From the NCBI RefSeq assembly GCF_000092105.1, contig NC_014148.1:2340001-2372000 (forward strand): DNA of 32,000 nucleotides. The letters run 5' to 3'. Numbering within the stretch: position 1 is the first letter of the stretch; each line of letters begins with the position of its first letter. Position numbers and translations under genes: made by a program. This DNA is from Planctopirus limnophila DSM 3776. GTDB taxonomy: Bacteria; Planctomycetota; Planctomycetia; Planctomycetales; Planctomycetaceae. Positions 1 through 8,631 of this stretch are shown here, in pieces. The notes under the pieces are model-generated. The model searched no databases and was not told the origin of the DNA. It saw only the letters and a list, made by a program, of their open reading frames with translations.

Positions 1-896
1 GAAGATTTTTGCCGCCTGAGGCCGTGGCAAGGGTCTCTCGTCTGGAGATTCTCGCGAGGAATGTCGTCGAAGGATTTCTGAACGGGATGCACCGCAGTCC
101 GTACTTTGGTCAATCTGTTGAGTTCGCACAGCACCGGGAATATGTTTCAGGGGATGATCTGAGACGTATTGACTGGAAGGCCTGGTCAAAGACCGACAAG
201 TATTACGTCAAGCAGTACGAAGAGGAAACCAATCTTCGCACGACGCTGGTCGTTGATCTTTCCGAATCCATGCAATTTGGGTCGAAAGGCAAGACCAAGC
301 ACGAATTTGCGGTGCAGATTGCGGCGGTCCTCTCATTATTGCTCCTCAAACAGCATGATGCCGTGAGTCTGGTGACGTTTGACGACTCGATTCGCACTCA
401 GATTCCCATGAGCAGCAAGAAGACTCAGCTGCACGACATTCTCATGGGGTTATCCAACGAACAACCTGCCAAGAAAACAAATCTTTCCGACATTCTGGCC
501 CAGGTGGCAGATCAGGAATCCCGCAAAGGGCTCATCATTCTCGTATCAGATTTGCTGGCAGATCGCGAAGGGCTGAAAAAGGGATTACGACTATTAAGGT
601 TTCGCGGCCACGATGTGATGTTGTTTCACGTCCTTGATGATGCGGAACTCGACTTTGAGTTCAGCGGCCCTACGAAATTTGAAGGTTTGGAAGATTCGGG
701 AGAACTGGTCTGTGATCCCAGGTCACTCAGGGAAGGTTACCTGGCTGCTATGAAAACTTACCTGGATGACATCCGTAAGCATTGCGCCAAATTTGTGATT
801 GATTACCAGATTGTCAGACCCAGTGAGAATCTGGATGCTGTTTTATTGCATTACATGAATCACCGCATGGGAATGCACCAGAGTCAGCGAAAATGA
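1..896 (+). CDS. DUF58 domain protein (VWA-like, MoxR-associated), truncated at 5' window edge
   Basis: The frame is open from the window edge (codon phase of nt 3) to TGA 894-896. It carries the DUF58 hallmarks [24 protein letters not shown] and [11 protein letters not shown], plus a DxSxS-like DLSES (Asp codon 255-257). Family members usually have extra residues before the RLEI motif, so the TTG at nt 9 is probably not the real start. Confidence 0.85.
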   Translation, partial: RFLPPEAVARVSRLEILARNVVEGFLNGMHRSPYFGQSVEFAQHREYVSGDDLRRIDWKAWSKTDKYYVKQYEEETNLRTTLVVDLSESMQFGSKGKTKHEFAVQIAAVLSLLLLKQHDAVSLVTFDDSIRTQIPMSSKKTQLHDILMGLSNEQPAKKTNLSDILAQVADQESRKGLIILVSDLLADREGLKKGLRLLRFRGHDVMLFHVLDDAELDFEFSGPTKFEGLEDSGELVCDPRSLREGYLAAMKTYLDDIRKHCAKFVIDYQIVRPSENLDAVLLHYMNHRMGMHQSQRK

Positions 897-1121
897 AGTT
901 TTCTATTGATGTTTGAGGGGGAACTCCAACCATCTCCCATGTGATGACTCACATGTTGATTGTTGAACCAAGCCATGGGGCTCATGGGGTTTCAGTGTTT
1001 TGAATTTTGTTTGTGTTGATTGTGAAGTTCAAGTAGGGATGCTGACAGTGGTCTATGACTGCATGCCTGACCGGTAACCCGGTCTGGAAACAGTCCATAA
1101 CCAACTGAGTGCGGATGCAAG

Positions 1122-3443
1122 ATGACGTGGCTTTCTTCGCTATTTTTCAATCCTTCGATTGCACTGATGGGCGCCGGGCTCATCGCTGTGCCACTCATTA
1201 TCCATCTCATCAATCGAGTGCGATATCGACGGGTTCAGTTTGCAGCCATGGAGTTTCTGCTCCAGGCAGAACAGCGAAATCGTCAACGTCTGTTGATTGA
1301 ACAATTGCTCCTGCTTCTGCTGAGGACATTAATCGTCCTGGCACTCCTGCTGCTTATTGCGAGGCTGGTGCTCGATCCTTCACAGTTCGCGCTCTTTCGC
1401 GAATCGCGGACACATCACGTCGTGCTGGTGGATGACAGTGCCTCAACCCGTGAGCGACGTGGAGAAACCACGGCCTGGGCTGAAGGTCTTGGAGTCATTC
1501 GAAAACTGGCGGCAGAAGGTGCCCGCCGTCCGCAGACCCAGAGATTGACGGTCTTACTCGCCTCACGACCTGATAAGCCCTTACTGACTGACCGGGATGT
1601 CAATCAGCCACTGGTTGAAGAACTCGCGTCGCGACTCGACCCTGTCTCCTTTAAGCCGACTCATCAACGGGTCGATTTCCTTAAAGGGATCCAGTCGGCG
1701 AGTGATCTATTGTTGGCTGACAAAGCCGGCGTGAGGGAACTACACGTTATTTCTGATTATCGCTCGCGCGACTGGAACGATCAGAAACCACTGGCTCAGG
1801 CCATGGAAACGCTGGCCGAAGCCGACGTGGGAATCCATTTAATTCGCACCACCCCTCAGGCCGGTCCCAATCTGGCAATTACGAGGCTCGATGGTGCTGT
1901 CTCCACAGCCGCCGCTGGTGTTCCACTCCGATTAACTGCCGGGATCACCAACTTTGGTACTGAAGTCGTCACCGATGTTCGGGCTTCAATCTACGACAAC
2001 GGAGTCAAGACACCCACCACTGTCATTTTTGACCGCATCGAACCCGGTACAGAAGTTCTCCACGAAGTGGACCTGCAATTCCCTTCACCTGGTTATCGCC
2101 GAGTTGAAATTCGCCTCGATGCCGATGGGTATCCGGTCGATAATGTGCGGCACTTAAGTGTCAATGTTTCGGCAGCGATTCCCGTGTTGATTGTCGATGG
2201 TGATCCCGCTGGTGACGCCGCCTCGTATGTTGCGGATGCCCTCGCTGCTGACCCAGCGGCAACGGGCTTTCAGACCACGATCGATAACCCGGACATTCTG
2301 CGTCGCAGGCCCTTGGACGATTACCGCTGTATCTATCTGCTCAATGTGGGCGAACTGCCGCCGGATTCTCTCGACTATCTGGAGAAGTATGTCCGCCGGG
2401 GTGGTGCCTTGATGATGGCTCTGGGGGATTCTGTCCGCAGTGAAGCATTCAATCGGGTCTTTCATCGCGAGGGTGAAGGGTTATCACCTTTGCCTCTGGG
2501 AAATGCTCCCCTCGAATTTGCTACTGATGTCACATCCACAGAACCCGATCTCAAAGCGGGAAAGCATCCGGCATTCGCGATTCTCCAGGGGGATGACAAC
2601 CCTTTTCTCGATGCTGTTCATATTCAAAAACTCTTTGAGCCAGCGGTTGGCTGGGAAGTCGATGACGTTGTCCGTGGTGACAATGTCAAAACCATTGCCA
2701 AACATAAGAGTGGCCGCCCCGTCATGCTGGAGAAGCCCTACGGTGCAGGGAAGGTAACTTTGCTGTTGACCACAGCCCAGCCAGCGTGGAATGACTGGGC
2801 ACTGAACCCGTCCTATGTCGTCTTTCAGCTCGATCTGCTCAAATCGCTGATTTCCTCCGACAAGAACGAAGCTTTAAGAGTCACGGGTGAACCAATCCTG
2901 CTCTCTCTTGACCCGGCTCTCTACACCGATCAGGTCGAGTTGTCGATCCCTGATATTGACGGTCAGAGAACTGTGAGGCTGCAGGCTTCTCCTCAAGACA
3001 GCCAGACCTCCGCCTCCAGCAAACCCAAGGGAAATGACGCTTCGACATCCACCCGACCAGATACGACTCCAGCCTCTAATCAAAACGCCGCAGGTGGTAT
3101 TCGGCTGGTCGTCGAAGAGAAAGAGACCGATTTGCCCGGCATCTACAGCGTTCGCCTGACAACCCAGAATCAGACCACCGAAGAGAAACTTTACGCCTAT
3201 AATGTGCCGCTGGAAGAGAGCCAGCTGGCAGTCATTTCTGTCGATTCCTTGCGGAAAACAATGGGCAATAACGAAAAACTATCGATTCATGAGGCACAGG
3301 ATGTCTCCTGGATCGAAGGGGAAGAGGCAGGTTCGGAACTTCGTACCAGTTTGCTGGCGGCGCTCGTGATTCTTCTGCTGGCTGAGCAGTGGCTCAGTTA
3401 TCGACTCAGTTACCACCCGGCGAAAGGTCAGGTGGCGCGATGA
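1122..3443 (+). CDS. BatA_N (aerotolerance-type N-terminal double-transmembrane) domain protein with VWA-like and GATase1-like regions
   Basis: ATG at 1122, 773 aa. The N-terminus FFNPSIALMGAGLIAVPLIIHLINRVRYRRVQF, followed by a second TM helix, matches the BatA_N/TIGR02226 pattern. There is a DxSxS motif (VLVDDSAS). A later VLIVDGD...YLEKYVRRGGALMMALGD segment resembles the GATase1-like fold of BatA-family proteins, and a C-terminal TM anchor is present. Confidence 0.85.
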   Translation: MTWLSSLFFNPSIALMGAGLIAVPLIIHLINRVRYRRVQFAAMEFLLQAEQRNRQRLLIEQLLLLLLRTLIVLALLLLIARLVLDPSQFALFRESRTHHVVLVDDSASTRERRGETTAWAEGLGVIRKLAAEGARRPQTQRLTVLLASRPDKPLLTDRDVNQPLVEELASRLDPVSFKPTHQRVDFLKGIQSASDLLLADKAGVRELHVISDYRSRDWNDQKPLAQAMETLAEADVGIHLIRTTPQAGPNLAITRLDGAVSTAAAGVPLRLTAGITNFGTEVVTDVRASIYDNGVKTPTTVIFDRIEPGTEVLHEVDLQFPSPGYRRVEIRLDADGYPVDNVRHLSVNVSAAIPVLIVDGDPAGDAASYVADALAADPAATGFQTTIDNPDILRRRPLDDYRCIYLLNVGELPPDSLDYLEKYVRRGGALMMALGDSVRSEAFNRVFHREGEGLSPLPLGNAPLEFATDVTSTEPDLKAGKHPAFAILQGDDNPFLDAVHIQKLFEPAVGWEVDDVVRGDNVKTIAKHKSGRPVMLEKPYGAGKVTLLLTTAQPAWNDWALNPSYVVFQLDLLKSLISSDKNEALRVTGEPILLSLDPALYTDQVELSIPDIDGQRTVRLQASPQDSQTSASSKPKGNDASTSTRPDTTPASNQNAAGGIRLVVEEKETDLPGIYSVRLTTQNQTTEEKLYAYNVPLEESQLAVISVDSLRKTMGNNEKLSIHEAQDVSWIEGEEAGSELRTSLLAALVILLLAEQWLSYRLSYHPAKGQVAR

Positions 3444-6076
3444 ACCTGTGGCCTCAATTATTTCAAATGCTTCCCGTGGCGCAATCCGTCGACAGCCAGT
3501 CTTCAAAGACCGGGGCCGATACGATTATTCCGGCAGGAACCATCGGTTCAACACCGACTGACTCAACCATCACTATGGTCGAGTGGGGTTGGCCTGAAGA
3601 TCCACTCACATGGGCCATTTTGCTGGCGGCTGGAGTTGCCATTACCGCGTATGTGGTCTGGCTGTATCGTCGGGATACGACTGAGACAGGCCTGGCAACC
3701 CGCATCTGGTTGACAGCGCTTCGCCTGGCGATGTTCGCTGGTCTACTGCTCATCTGGCTCAACCCCCAAGAACGCACACAAGAGTCGATGACCCGCCCTT
3801 CGAGAGTGGCGATTATTGTGGATCGATCCCTGTCGATGAGGCATCCGGCCATCGATGCTTCAGCGAACATCTCAGCGTCAGCTGAGTCAGAACCCAAAGC
3901 AACACCCACTCAACCTGCTGTCGATTCGACGGCCACTCGATCAGAACTTGTGAAAAAGCTTCTGGCTGATTCGCCCATGCTCGAAGCTTTGCGGCAACAG
4001 CACGAAGTTTCTGTTTTCATGTTCGATTCCACATTACAAGGGCCAGTCGTCACACTCCCCGTCAAACCTTCGGTGACTGAGAGCAACGCCTCCGCCAATG
4101 CCAACACAGCCGAAGCCACAGACGACAAATCGGCCACTCCTGTTGCCTGGGATGAGATTCTGGCTCCCAAAGGACTGGAAACACGTCTGGGAGAATCGCT
4201 GAGTGATGCTGTCCGTCAACTGGCGGGGCGAACGCTCTCGGGGATGCTGGTGATCAGTGATGGCTCGAACAATGCCGGCATCGATCTCGATGCGGCCCGT
4301 GATCGAGCCCTTTCTCAAAAAGTGAAGCTCATCACCCTCGGAGTGGGAGGAACAGAACCTCCCAGAAATGTCCAGGTTGCCGATCTGCAGGCGCCAACCG
4401 ATGTTCAGGTTGGCGATCCCTTTGACGTAGTTGCCTTTGTGACTGCACAAGGGTTAACCGGACAGAAGGTGCTGGTCGAACTGGTTTCGAGCACCACCGA
4501 AGACCCCGCAGAGACCATTGTGGCCAGCCAGGAAATGGTCGTCAGTGGCGACAACCTACCCATGGAAGCCAAGTTTCCACTCAAGGCCGGAAAGACCGGC
4601 TCCACCCGATATACGATTCGCGCACAACCGGTGGTCGCACAACAGGAAATCAATATTGAAGATAATCGACAATCGTTGACCATCAATGCTCTCGACAAGC
4701 CCACAAGAGTGTTGCTCGTGGCCGGCGGCCCGATGCGCGATTACCAGTTCGTAAGAAACCTGCTGTTTCGACACAAAGGGATCGACGTCGATGTCCTGCT
4801 GCAAACTTCGGCTACAGGAACCAGCCAGGAATCTGACAATCTGCTGACGGCGTTTCCGACAACTCGTGAAGAGCTTTACAGCTACGACGTCATGATTGCT
4901 TTCGACCCGGATTGGCGATTGATTCCCCCGGAATCGATTGACCTGCTTTACGACTGGGTCTTCCAGGAAGCGGGGGGGCTGATTGTCATTGCCGGTGATG
5001 TCAATACCCTGCAAGTCGCCGCAGTGTCAGCTTCCACAGCCGAACAGAGTGCGCTGGGTAAGCAGTTGATGAAACTGCAGGAGCTGTATCCCGTCATTCT
5101 GAATTCGTACCTTTCCGACCTGCGATTTGATCAGGAACATTCACAGCCTTGGCCTTTGGCATTTACTCCGGAAGGCGAAGCTGCCAGCTTCCTGCAATTG
5201 ACCGATGAAGCCACCTCTTCGCAGGCACGCTGGAAGGAGTTTGCCGGATTCTACAAGTGCTACCCTACCAGCGGGCCGAAAGCCGGTGCGACGGTCTACA
5301 GTCGCTTTTCGGATCCACGGTCAGAATCAGCGATTTTGATGGCATCTCAATTTTTTGGCCAAGGCCGGACGTTCTACCTGGGCAGTGGAGAGATGTGGCG
5401 ACTGCGTTCTGTCGACGATGAGGACTATGATCGTTTCTGGATCAAAACGATTCGGGAGTTTTCTCAGGGTCGACTGAAACGAGGGAATCGCCGCGGACTC
5501 TTAATGCCCGAAACCCGCAAAATTGCCTTGGGGCAGACGGCTCGTATCCGTGCCAGGCTTCTTGACGCTCAATTTCAACCTCTCTCGGCTCCTTCGGTCC
5601 CTCTCCAGTTGATTGATCCGTCAGGGCGACCGGTTGTTCCACCCCGCTCATTAGTTGCAGATCCCAATCGGCCCGGGGAGTTTGTTGGCGACTTCCGTGC
5701 CTCGCTGGCAGGTGTCTACAAGCTCTCTGTCGAGATACCGCAGTCTTCCGAGTTGCTGCAGGAGGAGGTCTCGGTCGCACTTCCCAAACTGGAGGATGAA
5801 AATATCCGTCAGAACGTCGTGGGCCTCAAGAATCTTGCCGAAGGTACTGGCGGTGCTTACTTCAATTTGAACGATCTCAATCTTTCTGCCGCCAAGACGG
5901 TTGCTGTGAATGAATCTGGCATTGATCGAATTGCCGCATTATTGCCCAATCGGTCGGAACAAATTCTGATTGACCAGCGTCTGAAAACATTGTGGGATCG
6001 AGAGTGGGTACTTTTTGTGCTGGTTGGACTGATTTCTGCCGAGTGGCTGACCAGAAAGCTGATCAAACTCGCCTGA
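3440..6076 (+). CDS. VWA domain-containing membrane protein (BatB-like architecture)
   Basis: ATG 3440 overlaps the upstream stop (ATGA at 3440-3443), suggesting translational coupling; the track's longer version starts at GTG 3389. Two N-terminal TM helices are followed by a MIDAS-like IIVDRSLS and then LVISDGSNNAG. A GATase1-like block follows (VLLVAGGPMRDYQF...GGLIVIAGD), with a C-terminal TM helix. Confidence 0.8.
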   Translation: MNLWPQLFQMLPVAQSVDSQSSKTGADTIIPAGTIGSTPTDSTITMVEWGWPEDPLTWAILLAAGVAITAYVVWLYRRDTTETGLATRIWLTALRLAMFAGLLLIWLNPQERTQESMTRPSRVAIIVDRSLSMRHPAIDASANISASAESEPKATPTQPAVDSTATRSELVKKLLADSPMLEALRQQHEVSVFMFDSTLQGPVVTLPVKPSVTESNASANANTAEATDDKSATPVAWDEILAPKGLETRLGESLSDAVRQLAGRTLSGMLVISDGSNNAGIDLDAARDRALSQKVKLITLGVGGTEPPRNVQVADLQAPTDVQVGDPFDVVAFVTAQGLTGQKVLVELVSSTTEDPAETIVASQEMVVSGDNLPMEAKFPLKAGKTGSTRYTIRAQPVVAQQEINIEDNRQSLTINALDKPTRVLLVAGGPMRDYQFVRNLLFRHKGIDVDVLLQTSATGTSQESDNLLTAFPTTREELYSYDVMIAFDPDWRLIPPESIDLLYDWVFQEAGGLIVIAGDVNTLQVAAVSASTAEQSALGKQLMKLQELYPVILNSYLSDLRFDQEHSQPWPLAFTPEGEAASFLQLTDEATSSQARWKEFAGFYKCYPTSGPKAGATVYSRFSDPRSESAILMASQFFGQGRTFYLGSGEMWRLRSVDDEDYDRFWIKTIREFSQGRLKRGNRRGLLMPETRKIALGQTARIRARLLDAQFQPLSAPSVPLQLIDPSGRPVVPPRSLVADPNRPGEFVGDFRASLAGVYKLSVEIPQSSELLQEEVSVALPKLEDENIRQNVVGLKNLAEGTGGAYFNLNDLNLSAAKTVAVNESGIDRIAALLPNRSEQILIDQRLKTLWDREWVLFVLVGLISAEWLTRKLIKLA

Positions 6077-6120
6077 AAATTCTTGTGACTTCGTTCTCTC
6101 ATTAAAAGCCTGCTGAATCG

Positions 6121-8607
6121 ATGGTTATGTCGCAAGCTCCCAGTTCCGAAACATCTGTCGCCAGCTCACCAGCCATGAAACCAGCGGCTGGAGGGATCAC
6201 GATCCGGCAGATCCTCTCACAATTGCGCAGTTCAATTCGCAGATACCTCTTCTGGCAAGGGTTTTTGGGAACTTTAGCACTGGTGGCGCTCTGGTTCTGG
6301 GGAAGTTTTCTGCTCGATGAATTTGTCTTTTCACTCACCCGCTTTGAAATTCCCCGCTGGCTTCGTGCTCTACTGCTGGTGACCGCCCTCGGTGGCACAG
6401 CCTTGTTCGCTCTGTGGAAACTCGGGACAGCCATGGCCCGTCAGCTCAATGAGCGGGCTCTGTCCCTGGTTCTCGAGCGACGCTTCCCTCAGTTGGATAG
6501 CCGGCTGATTCTGGCGGTTGAAGCCAATGCCGGGCAGGTACCTGCGGTTTCACCCATGCACGATGCGATGGTGGCCCGAACTCTTGAGCGGGCGAATCAG
6601 GATGTGACCACACTCGATCTGGGCCAGGTTTTTAACCCCTCGCCATTTCGCCGGTCGAGCCTGCTCGCTTCGATTCTCTGGGTACCGATCGCACTTTTGG
6701 CTGTCATGAATTTCGGTGCCGTGGCTGCCTGGGCAAATGGGTATTTGAAGCTTTCCGAAACTTATCGTGATCGGCAAACGGAACTGATTCCTTATGTTCT
6801 GGCGCAGCCGGGAGAGCGAAAAGTTCCGTTCAAAAAGGGTGTTTATCGTCACCCGAAAGGTTCCGATCTGACATTGCAGATTGAGACCGCGGAAGGAAAA
6901 CTTGCCCCACCCAGAGTTCGCCTCGATTATCGGCTCAATCAAGGTCGCGGCAGTGGGCGGACTTATCTGCAGGTCGACAGCACTGGCCAGTCATCACATA
7001 CCTTCACATCATTGCTGGATGACACCAGCATCTGGTTGACGGGCGGAGATTACACCACATTGTCACCCCTGCAAATTCAGGTTGTCGATCCGCCGATTGT
7101 CTCCGGTTTGTCGATTAACCTTAAATATCCTGCTTATACAGGATTGAATACAGGAGATGGCTTCACCTCGATACCGGTGATCGGAACAGAAGCCAGTTTG
7201 CCACTGGAATCGACATTCGAGTTGCAGATTACAGCTCCGCAGCCACTGAGCGAAGTTCGCTGCGAACTGCAGGCGGGGCCTCTTCGCTATGAAGTTCTGG
7301 CCAACCAACTGAATTCTCAGCCTCAAATCGAAATTCTCCCGGCCGCCATTGCTGGCCAAAGCCGAAAACCGACTCGCTTGCCTGAAAACCTTGCAAAGGC
7401 TGCTGTTCGAGAAGGCGGGAAGACACTTGCCATCCCCTTCCGACTACATCACAAGGCCAGTGAACTGCTGGAGAAACAGGCTGCAGGCGAAACACTCGAA
7501 CTGATTGAGAACGCGATCCCGCTCCCACCGGATACTCTTTTCCGGTTGTGGCTGGTCGATGCCGAAGGAATCGCCGCCACCGAGCCGGCCAAGCTGCTGC
7601 TCAAAGGGATCCCTGACGAAGCCCCTCAAGTGGAAACAGCCTTAAGGGGCATTGGCACATCGATTACGCGGTTGGCCAGAATTCCTGTCACTGGCGAAGT
7701 CAACGACGATTACGGCGTGGATCGCATCTGGTTTGAGTATTCAGTCGATGCCGATACCACACTGAAAGAACAACCTCTCGGCGATTATCGCTCGAATCGC
7801 CAGAAACGAGTTCAGTTAGAACGATCCGCAGCAGAGCCTTATGTCCGTTTTGATGTTCTACCGCTCGACCTGGCCATCAAGCAGAAACTGACGATCAGCA
7901 CCGTAGCCGCCGATGCCAATGACGTTGCTGATGTCGGGCCCAACGTCGGACGAGGTCAGCGTTTTGTCTTTACGATTGTCTCTCCCGAAGAATTACTTTC
8001 GATCCTTTATGCCCGGGAAATCAACGAGCGAAAGCGATTCGAGCAACTGATTTCGGAAGTTCAAAGACTCCGCGATGATCTGGTACGACATCGCGACATG
8101 ATTGCCGCCAGCCGGGCTGAACCACCTCCCGCCGACAAAAGCGAATTGCTGCAATCGATCGCCGGTTGTGGAGAAAGATCTTTGTACGCCATCCGTCAGG
8201 CGGCTCAGTCAACCGACTCCGTACGACAGACTTTCCGGGAAATCCGGGAGGAACTGGTTAATAACAGTGTCGACACACCCCAGATGCTGGACCGCATCGA
8301 CCGCAAGATTGTCGATCCGCTCAGCCGGCTCATGGATCAGGATTTTCCCTCCATCGACGCCACGATCGGACTTTTCCGGCTGGCGAATGAACAGGGTTCC
8401 GACCCGACAGCCCCCGTGGAAGATGCAATTTTACAGATTCAGGGCTTGCTCGAAACATTGGATCAGGTTTTGCTGGAGATGAGAAAGCTCGAAACTTTTC
8501 ATGAGGCACTCGAATTACTTAAGGCCATCATTGGCGAACAGGACGATCTGGCAGAAAAAACCAAACAGCGCCGAAAAGCCCAGGCACTGAAAGCCCTGGA
8601 AGACTAG
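6121..8607 (+). CDS. Hypothetical 3-TM membrane protein with a large extracytoplasmic region and C-terminal coiled coil (DUF4175-like architecture, uncertain)
   Basis: 828-aa ORF, 44 nt after the upstream stop. Three hydrophobic helices lie in the first ~200 aa, then a long beta-rich region, then a helical, charge-rich C-terminus (ERKRFEQLISEVQRLRDDL...). An alternative ATG exists at 6127. No catalytic motif was recognised. Confidence 0.7.
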   Translation: MVMSQAPSSETSVASSPAMKPAAGGITIRQILSQLRSSIRRYLFWQGFLGTLALVALWFWGSFLLDEFVFSLTRFEIPRWLRALLLVTALGGTALFALWKLGTAMARQLNERALSLVLERRFPQLDSRLILAVEANAGQVPAVSPMHDAMVARTLERANQDVTTLDLGQVFNPSPFRRSSLLASILWVPIALLAVMNFGAVAAWANGYLKLSETYRDRQTELIPYVLAQPGERKVPFKKGVYRHPKGSDLTLQIETAEGKLAPPRVRLDYRLNQGRGSGRTYLQVDSTGQSSHTFTSLLDDTSIWLTGGDYTTLSPLQIQVVDPPIVSGLSINLKYPAYTGLNTGDGFTSIPVIGTEASLPLESTFELQITAPQPLSEVRCELQAGPLRYEVLANQLNSQPQIEILPAAIAGQSRKPTRLPENLAKAAVREGGKTLAIPFRLHHKASELLEKQAAGETLELIENAIPLPPDTLFRLWLVDAEGIAATEPAKLLLKGIPDEAPQVETALRGIGTSITRLARIPVTGEVNDDYGVDRIWFEYSVDADTTLKEQPLGDYRSNRQKRVQLERSAAEPYVRFDVLPLDLAIKQKLTISTVAADANDVADVGPNVGRGQRFVFTIVSPEELLSILYAREINERKRFEQLISEVQRLRDDLVRHRDMIAASRAEPPPADKSELLQSIAGCGERSLYAIRQAAQSTDSVRQTFREIREELVNNSVDTPQMLDRIDRKIVDPLSRLMDQDFPSIDATIGLFRLANEQGSDPTAPVEDAILQIQGLLETLDQVLLEMRKLETFHEALELLKAIIGEQDDLAEKTKQRRKAQALKALED

Positions 8608-8631
8608 AACGGAATCCGAAGGGGAGGGACA

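Noticed and set aside
3389-3439. A GTG start at 3389 that would give a 55-nt overlap with the upstream BatA_N gene
   Set aside because: The in-frame ATG at 3440 forms a classic ATGA stop/start overlap, which is more parsimonious. The extra 17 residues add no recognisable feature. This is a start-site choice, not a separate feature.
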